From NCBI GenBank assembly GCA_046075565.1, contig JBJTQJ010000082.1, positions 32,001 through 96,000 of the forward strand: 64,000 bases of DNA, in the 5' to 3' direction. The stretch is from Verrucomicrobiales bacterium (GTDB lineage Bacteria; Verrucomicrobiota; Verrucomicrobiia; Verrucomicrobiales; SLCJ01). Position 1 is the first letter of the stretch; every line of letters begins with the position of its first letter. Under the pieces are notes generated by a model. It was given only the letters and a program-made list of their open reading frames with translations. It was not told the DNA's origin and made no database searches. Below are positions 11,201 through 18,651 of the stretch, one piece after another. The translations under genes and the position numbers were made by a program.

Positions 11201-11348
11201 CCTGCCGCCCGGCACGCATGTCTTTGAATCGAGCGTGCGCGTCCAGCACGCCGGTCGTTATCAAACCGGCATCGCGGAAATCCGCTCGATGTATGCCCCG
11301 GAATTCAACGCCCACTCCGCCAGCATCCGCCTCGAAGCAGCGAAGTAA
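5274..11348 (+). CDS. Bacterial alpha-2-macroglobulin family protein
   Basis: FTDRAIYRPGQ (MG2), VEEYKRPKF, RKNLQETAFFFP, PRFLREGD, thioester ECAEQ and C-terminal SMYAPEF. Confidence 0.95.
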   Translation: MKLIRRLRALLLPVVIFAVMTTPNSPAAPRDADWKKVEEAMSNDQPKTVIELLGGIEAAAIADKSWGETAKSIVMRIGLGGRVEGGPQAALKTMDAELAKAPEEVKPILKVIQAHWYHSYFMQNRWRFAQRSATSQPPGDDIETWDLPRILGEVDNRFQAALEGKDAIRSQPIGLFKEVLSAAALGDTVRPTLYDFIAHQAIEFYSMEEVAASRPQDAFRIAATDPVFGSVDEFLAWKPETKDTTAPAYRALMIYKELLEWHRNDAERAAFFHCDLERIRWASEAAIGQEKAARREAAMRAFIETAAKDPSSADARFDLATLLAEAVKYKDARDIAKAGADAFPKHLFGQRLASFVAETEAPSLDLQLESTWTPAGSPIKVDYRNLSRVYFRAYPRKWSLGKNTIDSDPGPEEQKEVAALVKEKPVISWDVPLPDAGDFRPRVANLVAPESLRPGFYWIVASGRENFATNQNHLSVATVHVTDLAMIVRYAHGSKIIEGVLTNAVTGDPVSGVEVTMDYERNRLPGVSKEATRTGEDGVFSFKVGKEHSKRIFLAEREGNRAIVRQYAGSDEGREPPDTRDAIVFFTDRAIYRPGQTIQFKGIWCRTNTKTNEYSTVARANTTVSFMDMNGREVEKLEVTANENGSFAGSFTAPSGAVLGHFTIRTPHGATGVRVEEYKRPKFASEILPPEQQASLGQKVTVKAKATAYTGAAVDGAKVVWRVSRQPRWPGWIGCCWWFRMPADTGAQEIANGEGVTAADGTFAIPFDALPDKSIDPASEPIFDFSITADITDQAGETRSATYSLSLAYTALTADIVPPQWIEAGKEFPLEVMTSSHNGQPLPADGVLRVHRLKEPSVTPRPNPFADDGAPEPLPIDGAQPAGDEDAQPESANPDRWELGDIVADAKVTTAAEGDNKGSGEAKFTLQPGYYRAIFQTKDANGRDVQAMSGFQIVALDATNFPTNIPFHTDSLSEQLEPGETFTFVWGSGFEKARALIEWYKDGKLLQREWSAPGRTQQSFSRKVTEEDRGGFSVRVTQMTMNSLQTRVIRASVPWTTKELKLRWEHITDKLQPGAKDTWTAIITGADGEAAVAEMVATLYDASLEAFAPHSFSSISGMFRIDPWIYDQSRFSSDTGSFTDFFGWDVETHDEPDDPLYREFSDEIEIFGRQFAYGGAGGMRMDKSRNGGRGMALGGGVAEMDGFAAPTPAAAMMADASVEPLGGGESRSAEAKAENEPADAFAGGGGAPKADTSKVAARKNLQETAFFFPQLTSNDKGEVRMSFTMPEALTEWKFLGFAHDARMRSGWLEGKTVTAKDLMVQPNPPRFLREGDEIEFSVRITNLSDKPQSGTATFTLADGATLADATARLGITSPDQNFEVPAKESRALSWKITVPDGAGFLQYKAVATTGDLYDGEQGWLPIIPRRILVTESLALPVRGAGEKKFSFDKLRASGQSDSLQTQFLHVQAVSQPAWYAVLSLPYLMEFPHECAEQTFHRYYANALARHIALSDPKIRTIFEQWKGTEALDSPLLKNEDLKGILIEETPWLREAKDQSAARRRIALLFDENHMADQLGRALERLNQMQYHNGLFPWFDGGRGNEFITLNIVTGFARLRALGVETDITPALKALGALDNALTERYRELKKAKALDGNNLDPWIAHHLYTRTFFLKDVALQPGNKEAFDYFKGQAVKHWASLNSRMARAHVGLGLHRLGETTTAKLITRSFRENAVSNEEMGMWWKDNEGEGWWWWNAPIETQAMMVEAFREIDADDKAVEDCQVWLIKQKQVQDWKTTKATSDAVYALLLGGKNLLGSDALIQISLGTLEVKPGKVEPGTGMFEVRFPGPEVKPEFGDITVRKKDEGVSWASVHWQYLEDMAKVTAHNATPLKLEKALFLKKNTARGQELVPLDGPVKVGDELVTRLVLKNDRAMEFLHLKDYRGSGTEPVNVLSGYRWQDGFGYYEVTRDTASHFFIDYLPPGTHVFESSVRVQHAGRYQTGIAEIRSMYAPEFNAHSASIRLEAAK

Positions 11349-11395
11349 CGCGGCCGAACAGAAGCAGCATTGCCCGCTTCGCGGGCTTGAGCGAC

Positions 11396-11570
11396 GATTG
11401 AAGATCGAAGATTGATGATTTCCGATTTCCTGAAGACCTTGAGACGCCAAGGAGAAGCGCGAAAAGTCGTCAATCCTCCGCGCGGAGCGTGTCCTTGCAT
11501 CGCTCGGCGGTGGCTTGCCCGTTGGAGTTCGGGCTTCAGCCCGTCGTGTGGCTTCAGTGACGACTGACTA
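11396..11570. repeat. Composite dispersed repeat: heptamer-ended element + linker + GTTGGAGTTCGGGCTTCAGCCCG REP
   Basis: Aligns colinearly with 41293-41460; heptamer module also at 15331-15443. Confidence 0.8.
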
Positions 11571-11594
11571 TTGTTGATCCTTGGAACAAAAATG

Positions 11595-11753
11595 AACCAC
11601 AGATTTCACCCTACGCCGCCCTACGGGCTATGAAGGGCAAACGGATAGGCACGGATTTAATGAATTGCGCGGCTGGCACCGCTCATCTTCTGGATGCCCA
11701 ATTCCTCTTTCATATCATCCTCAGTATCTGTGCTTTCCGTGTAATCCGTGGTT
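11595..11753. mobile_element. Gene-less copy of the CACGGAT tandem-ended inverted-repeat element (MITE-like)
   Basis: Left AACCACAGATTTC..ACGGATAGGCACGGAT and right ATCTGTGCTTTCCGTGTAATCCGTGGTT match the ends flanking the GxxExxY gene. Confidence 0.65.
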
Positions 11754-11874
11754 TTTGTTTCTGAACTCCCGATCAAACGGAAGATGTCCGACCGCGCCTC
11801 TGGCCGGTCATCGGGGAACTCCGGGCGAGGATCCACTTGGCAAAGCGCCCGGACAATGGCTTGGTTAGGATGAA

Positions 11875-13206
11875 ATGCCCGGCCTGACCCTGCACAGCAC
11901 CCGTTCACCCGAGATTTCCGTTTCCCTGGAGGAAGCGGTCATGAGCGCCCTTGCGCCCGATGGTGGGCTTTACATGCCCGATGTCATTCCCGTGCTGCCG
12001 GACTCATTCTGGAAGTCGTGGCGGGAACTTTCCTTCCCCGAGATGGCGGCGGAGGTAGCGGGCACCTTGTTCAAAAGCGCGATTGACCAAGCGACCTTGT
12101 CGTCCATGTGCCGGGAGGCTCTGGATTTTCCGGTGCCGGTGGTGGAACCCTCTCCGGGCTTGCGGGTGCTCGAGCTATTCCACGGCCCCACCCTCGCCTT
12201 CAAGGATTTCGGGGCTCGTTTGATGTCGCGTCTGATGGGTCATTTCGCAAAACAACGCGGAAAAGAACTGGTCATCCTCGCGGCAACTTCGGGCGACACC
12301 GGTGGCGCGGTCGCCAGCGCCTTCCATCATGTGCCCGGCACCCATGTGATCATTCTTTACCCCTCCGGCCGGGTCAGCCCGTTGCAGGAGAAACAACTGA
12401 CCACCCTCGGCGGCAATGTCACGGCCGTGGAGGTGGCTGGTTCGTTCGACGATTGCCAGCACATGGTGAAGTCGGCCTTTCTCGACAAGGCATTGTCGGA
12501 GCGGCGCGGCTTGACCTCGGCGAACTCGATCAACATCGCCCGCCTCGTGCCCCAGATGTTCTATTACTTCGAGGCGGCGCGTGCTCTGCCCGAAGGCGAG
12601 GAGCCGGTCTTCGTGGTGCCGAGCGGAAACTTCGGAAATCTAACCGCCGGATTGTTCGCCCAAGCGATGGGACTGCCGGTCAAAGCTTTCGTCGCGGCAA
12701 CCAATATCAACGACACGGTCCCGCTTTTCCTGGGCGGAGAGGCCTACGCGCCCAAACCATCGGTGGCCACCCTCTCGAATGCCATGGACGTCGGCGCACC
12801 GAGCAACTTCGAACGCATGTTCGCCCTCTGCGGCAGCGACGAGGAAAAATTGCGCGGGCTGGTGTTCGGCCAGGTGGTCAGTGATTCCGTGGCCTTGGCC
12901 GTGATGGAGCAAGTGTGGCGCGAGCATCGTTACCAACTCGACCCGCACACGGCGGTGGGTTGGCAGGCCGCCACCGATTGGCTCCGCGCCCATCCCGGCG
13001 ACCATCCCGTCGTGCTCTCGACCGCCCATCCGTCGAAGTTCCTCGAAACCGCCGCCCGCGCCTACGGCGGCGACCCGGTCGAGATCCCGGAACGCCTCGC
13101 CCGCCTCGCCAATCTGCCCAAACTTTCCGTGTCCATGGCCGCCGACCCCGAGGCATTCAAGGACTGGCTGGCCAAGGGAGGCGGCGCCTCCGAAGCCTAT
13201 TCTTAA
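11875..13206 (+). CDS. thrC: Threonine synthase
   Basis: LAPDGGLY, LELFHGPTLAFKDFG (PLP lysine), ATSGDTG, SANSINIARL, VPSGNFG, STAHPSKF. Confidence 0.97.
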   Translation: MPGLTLHSTRSPEISVSLEEAVMSALAPDGGLYMPDVIPVLPDSFWKSWRELSFPEMAAEVAGTLFKSAIDQATLSSMCREALDFPVPVVEPSPGLRVLELFHGPTLAFKDFGARLMSRLMGHFAKQRGKELVILAATSGDTGGAVASAFHHVPGTHVIILYPSGRVSPLQEKQLTTLGGNVTAVEVAGSFDDCQHMVKSAFLDKALSERRGLTSANSINIARLVPQMFYYFEAARALPEGEEPVFVVPSGNFGNLTAGLFAQAMGLPVKAFVAATNINDTVPLFLGGEAYAPKPSVATLSNAMDVGAPSNFERMFALCGSDEEKLRGLVFGQVVSDSVALAVMEQVWREHRYQLDPHTAVGWQAATDWLRAHPGDHPVVLSTAHPSKFLETAARAYGGDPVEIPERLARLANLPKLSVSMAADPEAFKDWLAKGGGASEAYS

Positions 13207-13273
13207 GGGCTGTGAGAGCGGCCTCTGCCTCTTGAAACCACCGGCCAAGAGGTCAACCGCCGGAGGCGGGGGC

Positions 13274-13301
13274 TTGCCGAGAGGCGGTTTCCTGCTATGG
13301 T
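13274..13301 (+). promoter_or_regulatory. Putative sigma70 promoter (TTGCCG-N16-TATGGT, extended -10)
   Basis: Consensus-like boxes 30 nt upstream of ATG 13331. Confidence 0.4.
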
Positions 13302-13330
13302 TCCCGCTGCCCCTACCCCCGAATTCAACC

Positions 13331-14029
13331 ATGCCTGCCCTCCCGCGTTACCTTCTGGCCACCTTTTCCGCCGCGTTGCTGGTGCTGCCGTCGTGCAACA
13401 CCATCCCGAGCGCGGAGAAAAAGCAATCCGCCGCCTGGCAATTGCAGCATGACACCTTCCGCCAAGGCGAGAAGTGGAAAAAGGATTCTTTCGTGAATGA
13501 GGAGGTCGTCGCCAAACTCACGCCGGAGAATACCACCATGCGCGTGCAGTTGTGGGAACAACGCGGCCTTTTGCTCCATGCCGACAATGATATCGCGATC
13601 GATTTCCCCATTTCGAGCGGACGCCGCGCCTTCCCGACCAAACCCGGCAGCTACAAGGTTATCGACAAGAAGCTGAAGCACTCGTCCAACCTCTACGGCA
13701 AATACGTGGAACTCGAAACGGGCAAGGTGCTCAACTCCGACGTGGATACGACGGTGGACAAAATGCCGGAGAACGCGCGTTATGTCGGCTCGTCCATGCC
13801 GTATTTCCTGCGCCTGACCAACACCGGCCTCGGCCTGCATGTCGGCATCGTGCCGGGCTACCCGGCATCCCACGGTTGCGTGCGGGTGCCTGGCAAGATC
13901 ATGCCGAAAGTCTTTTCTCTTGTTCCGAAGGGCACTCCGGTCGAGATCGTGAAAGACAATCCCTCTCCCGCCACCGAGGAGAAGCCGGCTTCGAAAAAGA
14001 AATCGGGCGCTCAGGTCGCGCGAAATTGA
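13331..14029 (+). CDS. L,D-transpeptidase family lipoprotein (YkuD domain)
   Basis: Lipobox LPSC; ISSGR..PT.PGSY; MPYFLRL...GLHVG...PASHGCVR. Confidence 0.9.
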   Translation: MPALPRYLLATFSAALLVLPSCNTIPSAEKKQSAAWQLQHDTFRQGEKWKKDSFVNEEVVAKLTPENTTMRVQLWEQRGLLLHADNDIAIDFPISSGRRAFPTKPGSYKVIDKKLKHSSNLYGKYVELETGKVLNSDVDTTVDKMPENARYVGSSMPYFLRLTNTGLGLHVGIVPGYPASHGCVRVPGKIMPKVFSLVPKGTPVEIVKDNPSPATEEKPASKKKSGAQVARN

Positions 14030-14055
14030 TCCAGAATCAAAAACAGATTCATCGC

Positions 14056-14508
14056 ATGTCCGCACCCTTCGCATCAAGGGCCGACCGCAAGGCCGTCGAG
14101 AACGCCCTCGCCTTCGCGCCCAAGTTTGACGCCAATGGCCTCATCGTCGCCATCGCCACCGATTGGAAAACCAATGAGGTGTTGATGGTCGCCTACATGA
14201 ACGAGGAGGCCTTGCGCCGGACACTCGAGATCGGCGAGGCGGTATATTACAGCCGCAGCCGCAAGGAACAATGGCACAAGGGCGCGACCAGCGGTCACGT
14301 GCAGGTCGTGCATGAGATCCTCACCGACTGCGATCAGGACGCACTCGTGCTCAAGGTCGAACAGAAAGGCCCCGGCTGCTGCCACAACGGCTACAGCTCG
14401 TGTTTCTACCGCAGCGTGCCCATGGGCATCGCCGATGCCGGAGATTATCCATTGGAAAAAGCCGCCGAGCCGGTCTTCGATGCCGGCAAGGTCTACGGCA
14501 AAAGCTAA
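14056..14508 (+). CDS. hisI: Phosphoribosyl-AMP cyclohydrolase
   Basis: YYSRSR..W.KGATSGH, DCDQDAL, CCHNGYSSCFYR. Confidence 0.96.
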   Translation: MSAPFASRADRKAVENALAFAPKFDANGLIVAIATDWKTNEVLMVAYMNEEALRRTLEIGEAVYYSRSRKEQWHKGATSGHVQVVHEILTDCDQDALVLKVEQKGPGCCHNGYSSCFYRSVPMGIADAGDYPLEKAAEPVFDAGKVYGKS

Positions 14509-14565
14509 GCCATGGCTGCAGTCTCCTCGCGCAGAAGATCAACGGGCAGCCCTCGTCTCCCGACG

Positions 14566-15249
14566 ATGCGTCCGGTGGCATGGGTGTTTGTCATCGTGCT
14601 CGTGGCCGGGCTTTACGCGTGGGATCGGTGGAACGAAAACAACTCCCCGGACAAGAAACCAACACCAGCGGCGAAGGCCGAGCCGGGCAAAGCTCACGAC
14701 TCGAAACACTCCGAGAAGTCGAAGCCAAAGACCACCGCGGCCAGCGCGAACGGAAGCTGGCGCACGCTCGACAAAGCCCGCCTCGTCGAAAACGGCGGCA
14801 ATGATGGCGACAGCTTCTCCATCACCGACAAAAGCGGAGAACAGCGATACCGGCTCTATTTCGTGGACACGCCGGAAACCTCGCGGCGATTCCCCGACCG
14901 TCTCGGTCATCAGGCCCGCTACTTCGATGGCATCTCCTTCGATCAGTTGATCTCCGGTGGCAAGGAAGCAAAGGAGTATTCACTCGACCTGCTCCGCCGT
15001 CACGAATTGGAAATCTGGACAAAAGACGAACGTGTGGTGGACTCGGATCGCCTGCACGCACTCGTGCGTTTCCCTGACATGCCCGGCAAGCCGTGGTTGC
15101 ACGAGGAACTCGTGAAGGCCGGTCTCGCCCGGATCTATACCATGCCGACCGATCTGCCCGACGGCACCCCGAAGGAACAACACCTTAAGCATCTCAAGGA
15201 TCTGGAAGCCGGTGCCCGCCGCAACAAACATGGGTTGTGGGGTGAGTGA
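14566..15249 (+). CDS. Thermonuclease (SNase-like) family protein, membrane-anchored
   Basis: N-terminal TM, DGDSF, RLYFVDTPE, LVKAGLAR, and a C-terminal AR...GLW motif. Confidence 0.85.
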   Translation: MRPVAWVFVIVLVAGLYAWDRWNENNSPDKKPTPAAKAEPGKAHDSKHSEKSKPKTTAASANGSWRTLDKARLVENGGNDGDSFSITDKSGEQRYRLYFVDTPETSRRFPDRLGHQARYFDGISFDQLISGGKEAKEYSLDLLRRHELEIWTKDERVVDSDRLHALVRFPDMPGKPWLHEELVKAGLARIYTMPTDLPDGTPKEQHLKHLKDLEAGARRNKHGLWGE

Positions 15250-15330
15250 ATTTCGGAATGATCCGAATGGATCGTCGTAAACGGAAAACGGGGAATTGCC
15301 ATGGCCTGCTCGGACGCCTCACGGCTTCAT

Positions 15331-15443
15331 TGACGAATGACGAGAGCTGATTGTTGATTTCGGATGTTCTTGAAAACCTTGAGGCGCCTAGGAGAGGCGC
15401 GACAAATCAAAATTCCAAAATCGTCAATCACCACTCATCAATC
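15331..15443. mobile_element. Heptamer tandem-ended inverted-repeat element
   Basis: Left (TGACGAA/GATTGTT/GATTTCG) and right (AATCAAA-ATTCCAA-AATCGTC-AATCACC-ACTCATC-AATC) 7-nt arrays around a conserved core TTCTTGAAAACCTTGAGGCGCCTAGGAGAGGCGCGA. Confidence 0.65.
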
Positions 15444-15459
15444 TTACGTGCGCAGCGGT

Positions 15460-15563
15460 GGGTTGGAGTTCGGGCTTTAGCCCGTCTCTTGCCGCGGTGA
15501 CAATGGTCCGACGGGCTAAAGCCCGAACTCCAACAAATTGCCCGCCATCATCACCGACAGGCG
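15460..15563. repeat. REPIN copy 1 (104 bp; 25-bp perfect inverted repeat, 23-nt spacer)
   Basis: GTTGGAGTTCGGGCTTTAGCCCGTC ... GACGGGCTAAAGCCCGAACTCCAAC; identical to 15931-16034. Confidence 0.92.
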
Positions 15564-15930
15564 CGCCGCTCGAATCGAAGCCTGGTCTGGCATCCGCGCG
15601 CCTCATCTGACACCTCCTGCCCATTGGCCGTCGGCAAGTCAACTACACATTCCTGCTCTTGGGGACAATGTGGATACACCCTCAAAGCGGTGGAGGAACC
15701 ACCGCAGTCCAGAGCCTCCGGCGGATGATGGGTGGCTCGATTCAAAATCGAAAGCGAGAGTATTCATGACGACTCTGCTGCGTAAGCGCCGCAGGCTCTC
15801 GGACCACTGGGATTCTTCCCAACTCTTGGGAGGACGAGTTGGACCGGCGATCATGCGCTATCCCGCGACAATCAAGGATTCGTGACGAGAGGCGGGGAAT
15901 AGCCATGGTCTGCGCGAAGACTCCGGTTCA

Positions 15931-16034
15931 GGGTTGGAGTTCGGGCTTTAGCCCGTCTCTTGCCGCGGTGACAATGGTCCGACGGGCTAAAGCCCGAACT
16001 CCAACAAATTGCCCGCCATCATCACCGACAGGCG
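15931..16034. repeat. REPIN copy 2 (identical 104-bp direct repeat)
   Basis: Base-for-base identical to 15460-15563. Confidence 0.92.
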
Positions 16035-16039
16035 TGCCC

Positions 16040-16744
16040 TCAATCCTTCTTCGGCTGATCTTTCCACACGATCTTCGATGCGTTGTCGGCACGGCCGATC
16101 TGTTTCACGTCGCGGAAGTCGATGCCCTCGATTTCCCCGCGTGAGCCTTTGCTGGTTAATTTCAGGAGACAGTCGCCGTCTTTGCAGCCGATATTCTTCA
16201 AGGTGACGCGAAAGGCGGTGTCGCGGTATTTCTCGGTGCCATTGCCGCGCACGGCGGTTCCGAAATCCTCGAAGCGGAGATTCTCGCCATGGAAAGGCCC
16301 CTTATGATTCATCTGCACGACCTTGTCGGCGGCATCGCGGGCACCGCCGCCGATCCATTTCACGTTCCCTCCATCGATCGTGACGGCATCTTCACCGACA
16401 TCCTCGAACCACACGTCGAGCAGCAGATTATTCCCCCGGCAATGGATGCCATCGGCGCCGGGTTTACCGATGATGACACGTTTCACGTTCGCGCCTTTCA
16501 TCAACGAGATGACCGGGCGCTGCGCTTCGCGCTGGCTGCCGTCGCCGAGTTTGCGGGAAGGAACGAATCGGGTGTAATTGAAATCGACCGTCTGGCCGGC
16601 CGGAATGATGATCGGGCTGTCCACCACGACCGTGCGGGTGGGTTCCGGCATTGCCCAGCGCAAGGGCGGGCCGTCGGCGCGGGCCGTTGCCGCCGCGGTC
16701 AACAGCAGCGCGGAAGCAATAAGAATTCGGGAAGAGGACGGCAT
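16040..16744 (-). CDS. Pectate lyase, polysaccharide lyase family 3
   Basis: Signal peptide; LGDGSQRE.Q.PV, GADGIHC, VWFEDVGEDA and DKVVQ.N motifs. Confidence 0.88.
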   Translation of the reverse strand: MPSSSRILIASALLLTAAATARADGPPLRWAMPEPTRTVVVDSPIIIPAGQTVDFNYTRFVPSRKLGDGSQREAQRPVISLMKGANVKRVIIGKPGADGIHCRGNNLLLDVWFEDVGEDAVTIDGGNVKWIGGGARDAADKVVQMNHKGPFHGENLRFEDFGTAVRGNGTEKYRDTAFRVTLKNIGCKDGDCLLKLTSKGSRGEIEGIDFRDVKQIGRADNASKIVWKDQPKKD

Positions 16745-16782
16745 GGCGGATTTTCTAACAAGCGAGCCGAACCCACGCTTGT

Positions 16783-17511
16783 TCACACGACGGCGGGGCG
16801 GAGGGACTCGGCGAGGCCGCGGAAGAAATGGTAGCCCCAACCCCATTGGTCGTCGCCGGACCAGTCAGGATCGTAGTGGTGGCGTTTGTAGATGAAACGC
16901 TCGGGGTGGGGCATGAGCCCGAAGACACGTCCATTTTCGCTCTGCACGGCGGCGATAGCATGCGTCGAGCCGTTGATGTCGCTGGTGTAAGTGAGGGCGG
17001 CAAGACCACTTTCGAGGTATTCGGCGGCGCGGTCGCCCGGGGCCACGAACCGGCCTTCCGCATGAGCGACAGGCAGTTCGAATTCATCGGGCAAGCACGC
17101 GAGGAAGGGGCTGCGTCGATCGACGACCTTGAGACCGGCCCAGCGGCACATGAAGCGTCCGCTGGTGTTGTCGATAAGGCTTCCTTCGGGAAGGAGCCCG
17201 AGTTTCACGAGGATCTGGAAACCATTGCAGACACCGAGCACATGGCCACCGGCAGCGGCGAAATCCTTGAGGGCGGAGCCCAAACGCGCTTCCATCTGGA
17301 GCTGGGCGATGCGCCCGGCCATGACGTAGTCGCCGTAGGAAAATCCACCGGAGAGCAGGACGAGGTCCACATTTTCCAGCGATGCCGGGGAAACGAGGCT
17401 GATGGGCAGGATGGTCGTGCGGAAACCGACGGTTTCGAGGGCGCGGGCGGACTCGGCGTCGCAGTTCGTGCCGGGAAACTTGAGGAGCAGGGCGTGGGGC
17501 TGACAATCCAT
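16783..17511 (-). CDS. purQ: Phosphoribosylformylglycinamidine synthase, glutaminase subunit
   Basis: FPGTNCD, GGFSYGD, GVCNGFQ, AHAEGRF, GLMPHPER. Confidence 0.96.
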   Translation of the reverse strand: MDCQPHALLLKFPGTNCDAESARALETVGFRTTILPISLVSPASLENVDLVLLSGGFSYGDYVMAGRIAQLQMEARLGSALKDFAAAGGHVLGVCNGFQILVKLGLLPEGSLIDNTSGRFMCRWAGLKVVDRRSPFLACLPDEFELPVAHAEGRFVAPGDRAAEYLESGLAALTYTSDINGSTHAIAAVQSENGRVFGLMPHPERFIYKRHHYDPDWSGDDQWGWGYHFFRGLAESLRPAVV

Positions 17512-17542
17512 TCTACTTCGAACATGCCATGGGCGATGCCGC

Positions 17543-17570
17543 TTGGCAAGCGGCCCGACCCGGGTATGAT
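17543..17570 (+). promoter_or_regulatory. Putative promoter for leaderless trpD (TTGGCA-N16-TATGAT-N6-ATG)
   Basis: -10 box ends 6 nt before ATG 17577; no SD sequence. Confidence 0.5.
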
Positions 17571-17576
17571 GCCCGG

Positions 17577-18614
17577 ATGAACGACCTGATCGATATCCTG
17601 AATGCCGGCGGCGACCTCTCGGCCGAACAAACCGCGGCCGCGGCGCACGCCCTGCTGGATCCAGAGCGCACGGATGCAGGGCGGGCCGATTTCCTGCGGG
17701 CGCTTTCCCGCAAAGGGGAAACCCCGGTTGAGATCGAGGCCTTCGCGAGGGTTTTTCTCGATCACGCGGTGAATCCCGATCTGCGGGAAGAGGACTTGCC
17801 TGGCCCGATGCTTGATATCGTGGGCACGGGTGGCGATCGGCTGAATCTTTTCAATGTGAGCACGACAAGCATGTTCGTCCTCGCAGGAGGCGGAGTCTGT
17901 GTGGTGAAACATGGCAACCGCGCCATCACTTCGAAAAGCGGCGGTGCCGATGTGCTGGAAGCACTCGGGGTGAAGATCGATCTGCCACCCGAGCGCCTGG
18001 CCGAAGGTGTGAAATCCGCCGGACTGGGTTTCCTTTTCGCCCCGCTCTATCACCCTGCTTTTAAAATGGTCGGACCGGCCAGAAAGATGCTCGCCGAAGA
18101 AGGAACGCGGACAATTTTCAACTTGCTCGGTCCCTTGTTGAATCCGGCGCGCCCGCCCCGCCAACTCATCGGTGTGGCCGAAGCCTGGTTGGGACCGATT
18201 TTCGCCAATCAAATGGAGCGGCTCGGGCGGGAATCGGCGTGGATTGTCCATGGCCGCACCAATGATGATTGCGGGATGGATGAGGTTTCGCTGGTCGGCC
18301 CGACGCAGGTCTGGCAATGGAATGGCCGCGCTCATTCCGAAGCGACGATCTATCCATGGCAGTTCGAACTCGACGGTTGCGCGCTTGAGGAATTGCGCGG
18401 AGCGGATGCCGCCACGAATGCCGGCATCACTCGCGGGATTCTTGATGGTTCCATCCGTGATGGTCGCCGGCGAATGGTTGTTTTCAATTCCGCTGCCGGG
18501 TTTGTCGCCGCCGGATTGGCCAAAGATATTTCGGCCGGGCTCGCGCTGGCCCGCAAGTCCATCGACTCGGGCGCCGCCGAGAAGAAACTCGCCGCGCTGG
18601 TTGCTCTATCTTGA
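17577..18614 (+). CDS. trpD: Anthranilate phosphoribosyltransferase
   Basis: DIVGTGGD..FNVST, KHGNRA.TSKSGGADVLE, FLFAP.YHPA, RTIFNLLGPL.NP. Confidence 0.97.
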   Translation: MNDLIDILNAGGDLSAEQTAAAAHALLDPERTDAGRADFLRALSRKGETPVEIEAFARVFLDHAVNPDLREEDLPGPMLDIVGTGGDRLNLFNVSTTSMFVLAGGGVCVVKHGNRAITSKSGGADVLEALGVKIDLPPERLAEGVKSAGLGFLFAPLYHPAFKMVGPARKMLAEEGTRTIFNLLGPLLNPARPPRQLIGVAEAWLGPIFANQMERLGRESAWIVHGRTNDDCGMDEVSLVGPTQVWQWNGRAHSEATIYPWQFELDGCALEELRGADAATNAGITRGILDGSIRDGRRRMVVFNSAAGFVAAGLAKDISAGLALARKSIDSGAAEKKLAALVALS

Positions 18615-18651
18615 ATTTCCTCGATTCTCCACGAAATTGTCTCTCCACGAT

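Noticed and set aside
15460-16034. CRISPR array or RAYT transposase between the palindromic repeats
   Set aside because: Only two 104-bp units 471 bp apart, no regular repeat-spacer series, no cas genes; enclosed ORFs show no HUH motif.
18615-18651. Glycine riboswitch upstream of gcvT
   Set aside because: The gap after trpD is only 37 bp and shows no aptamer; gcvP is simply not in the window.
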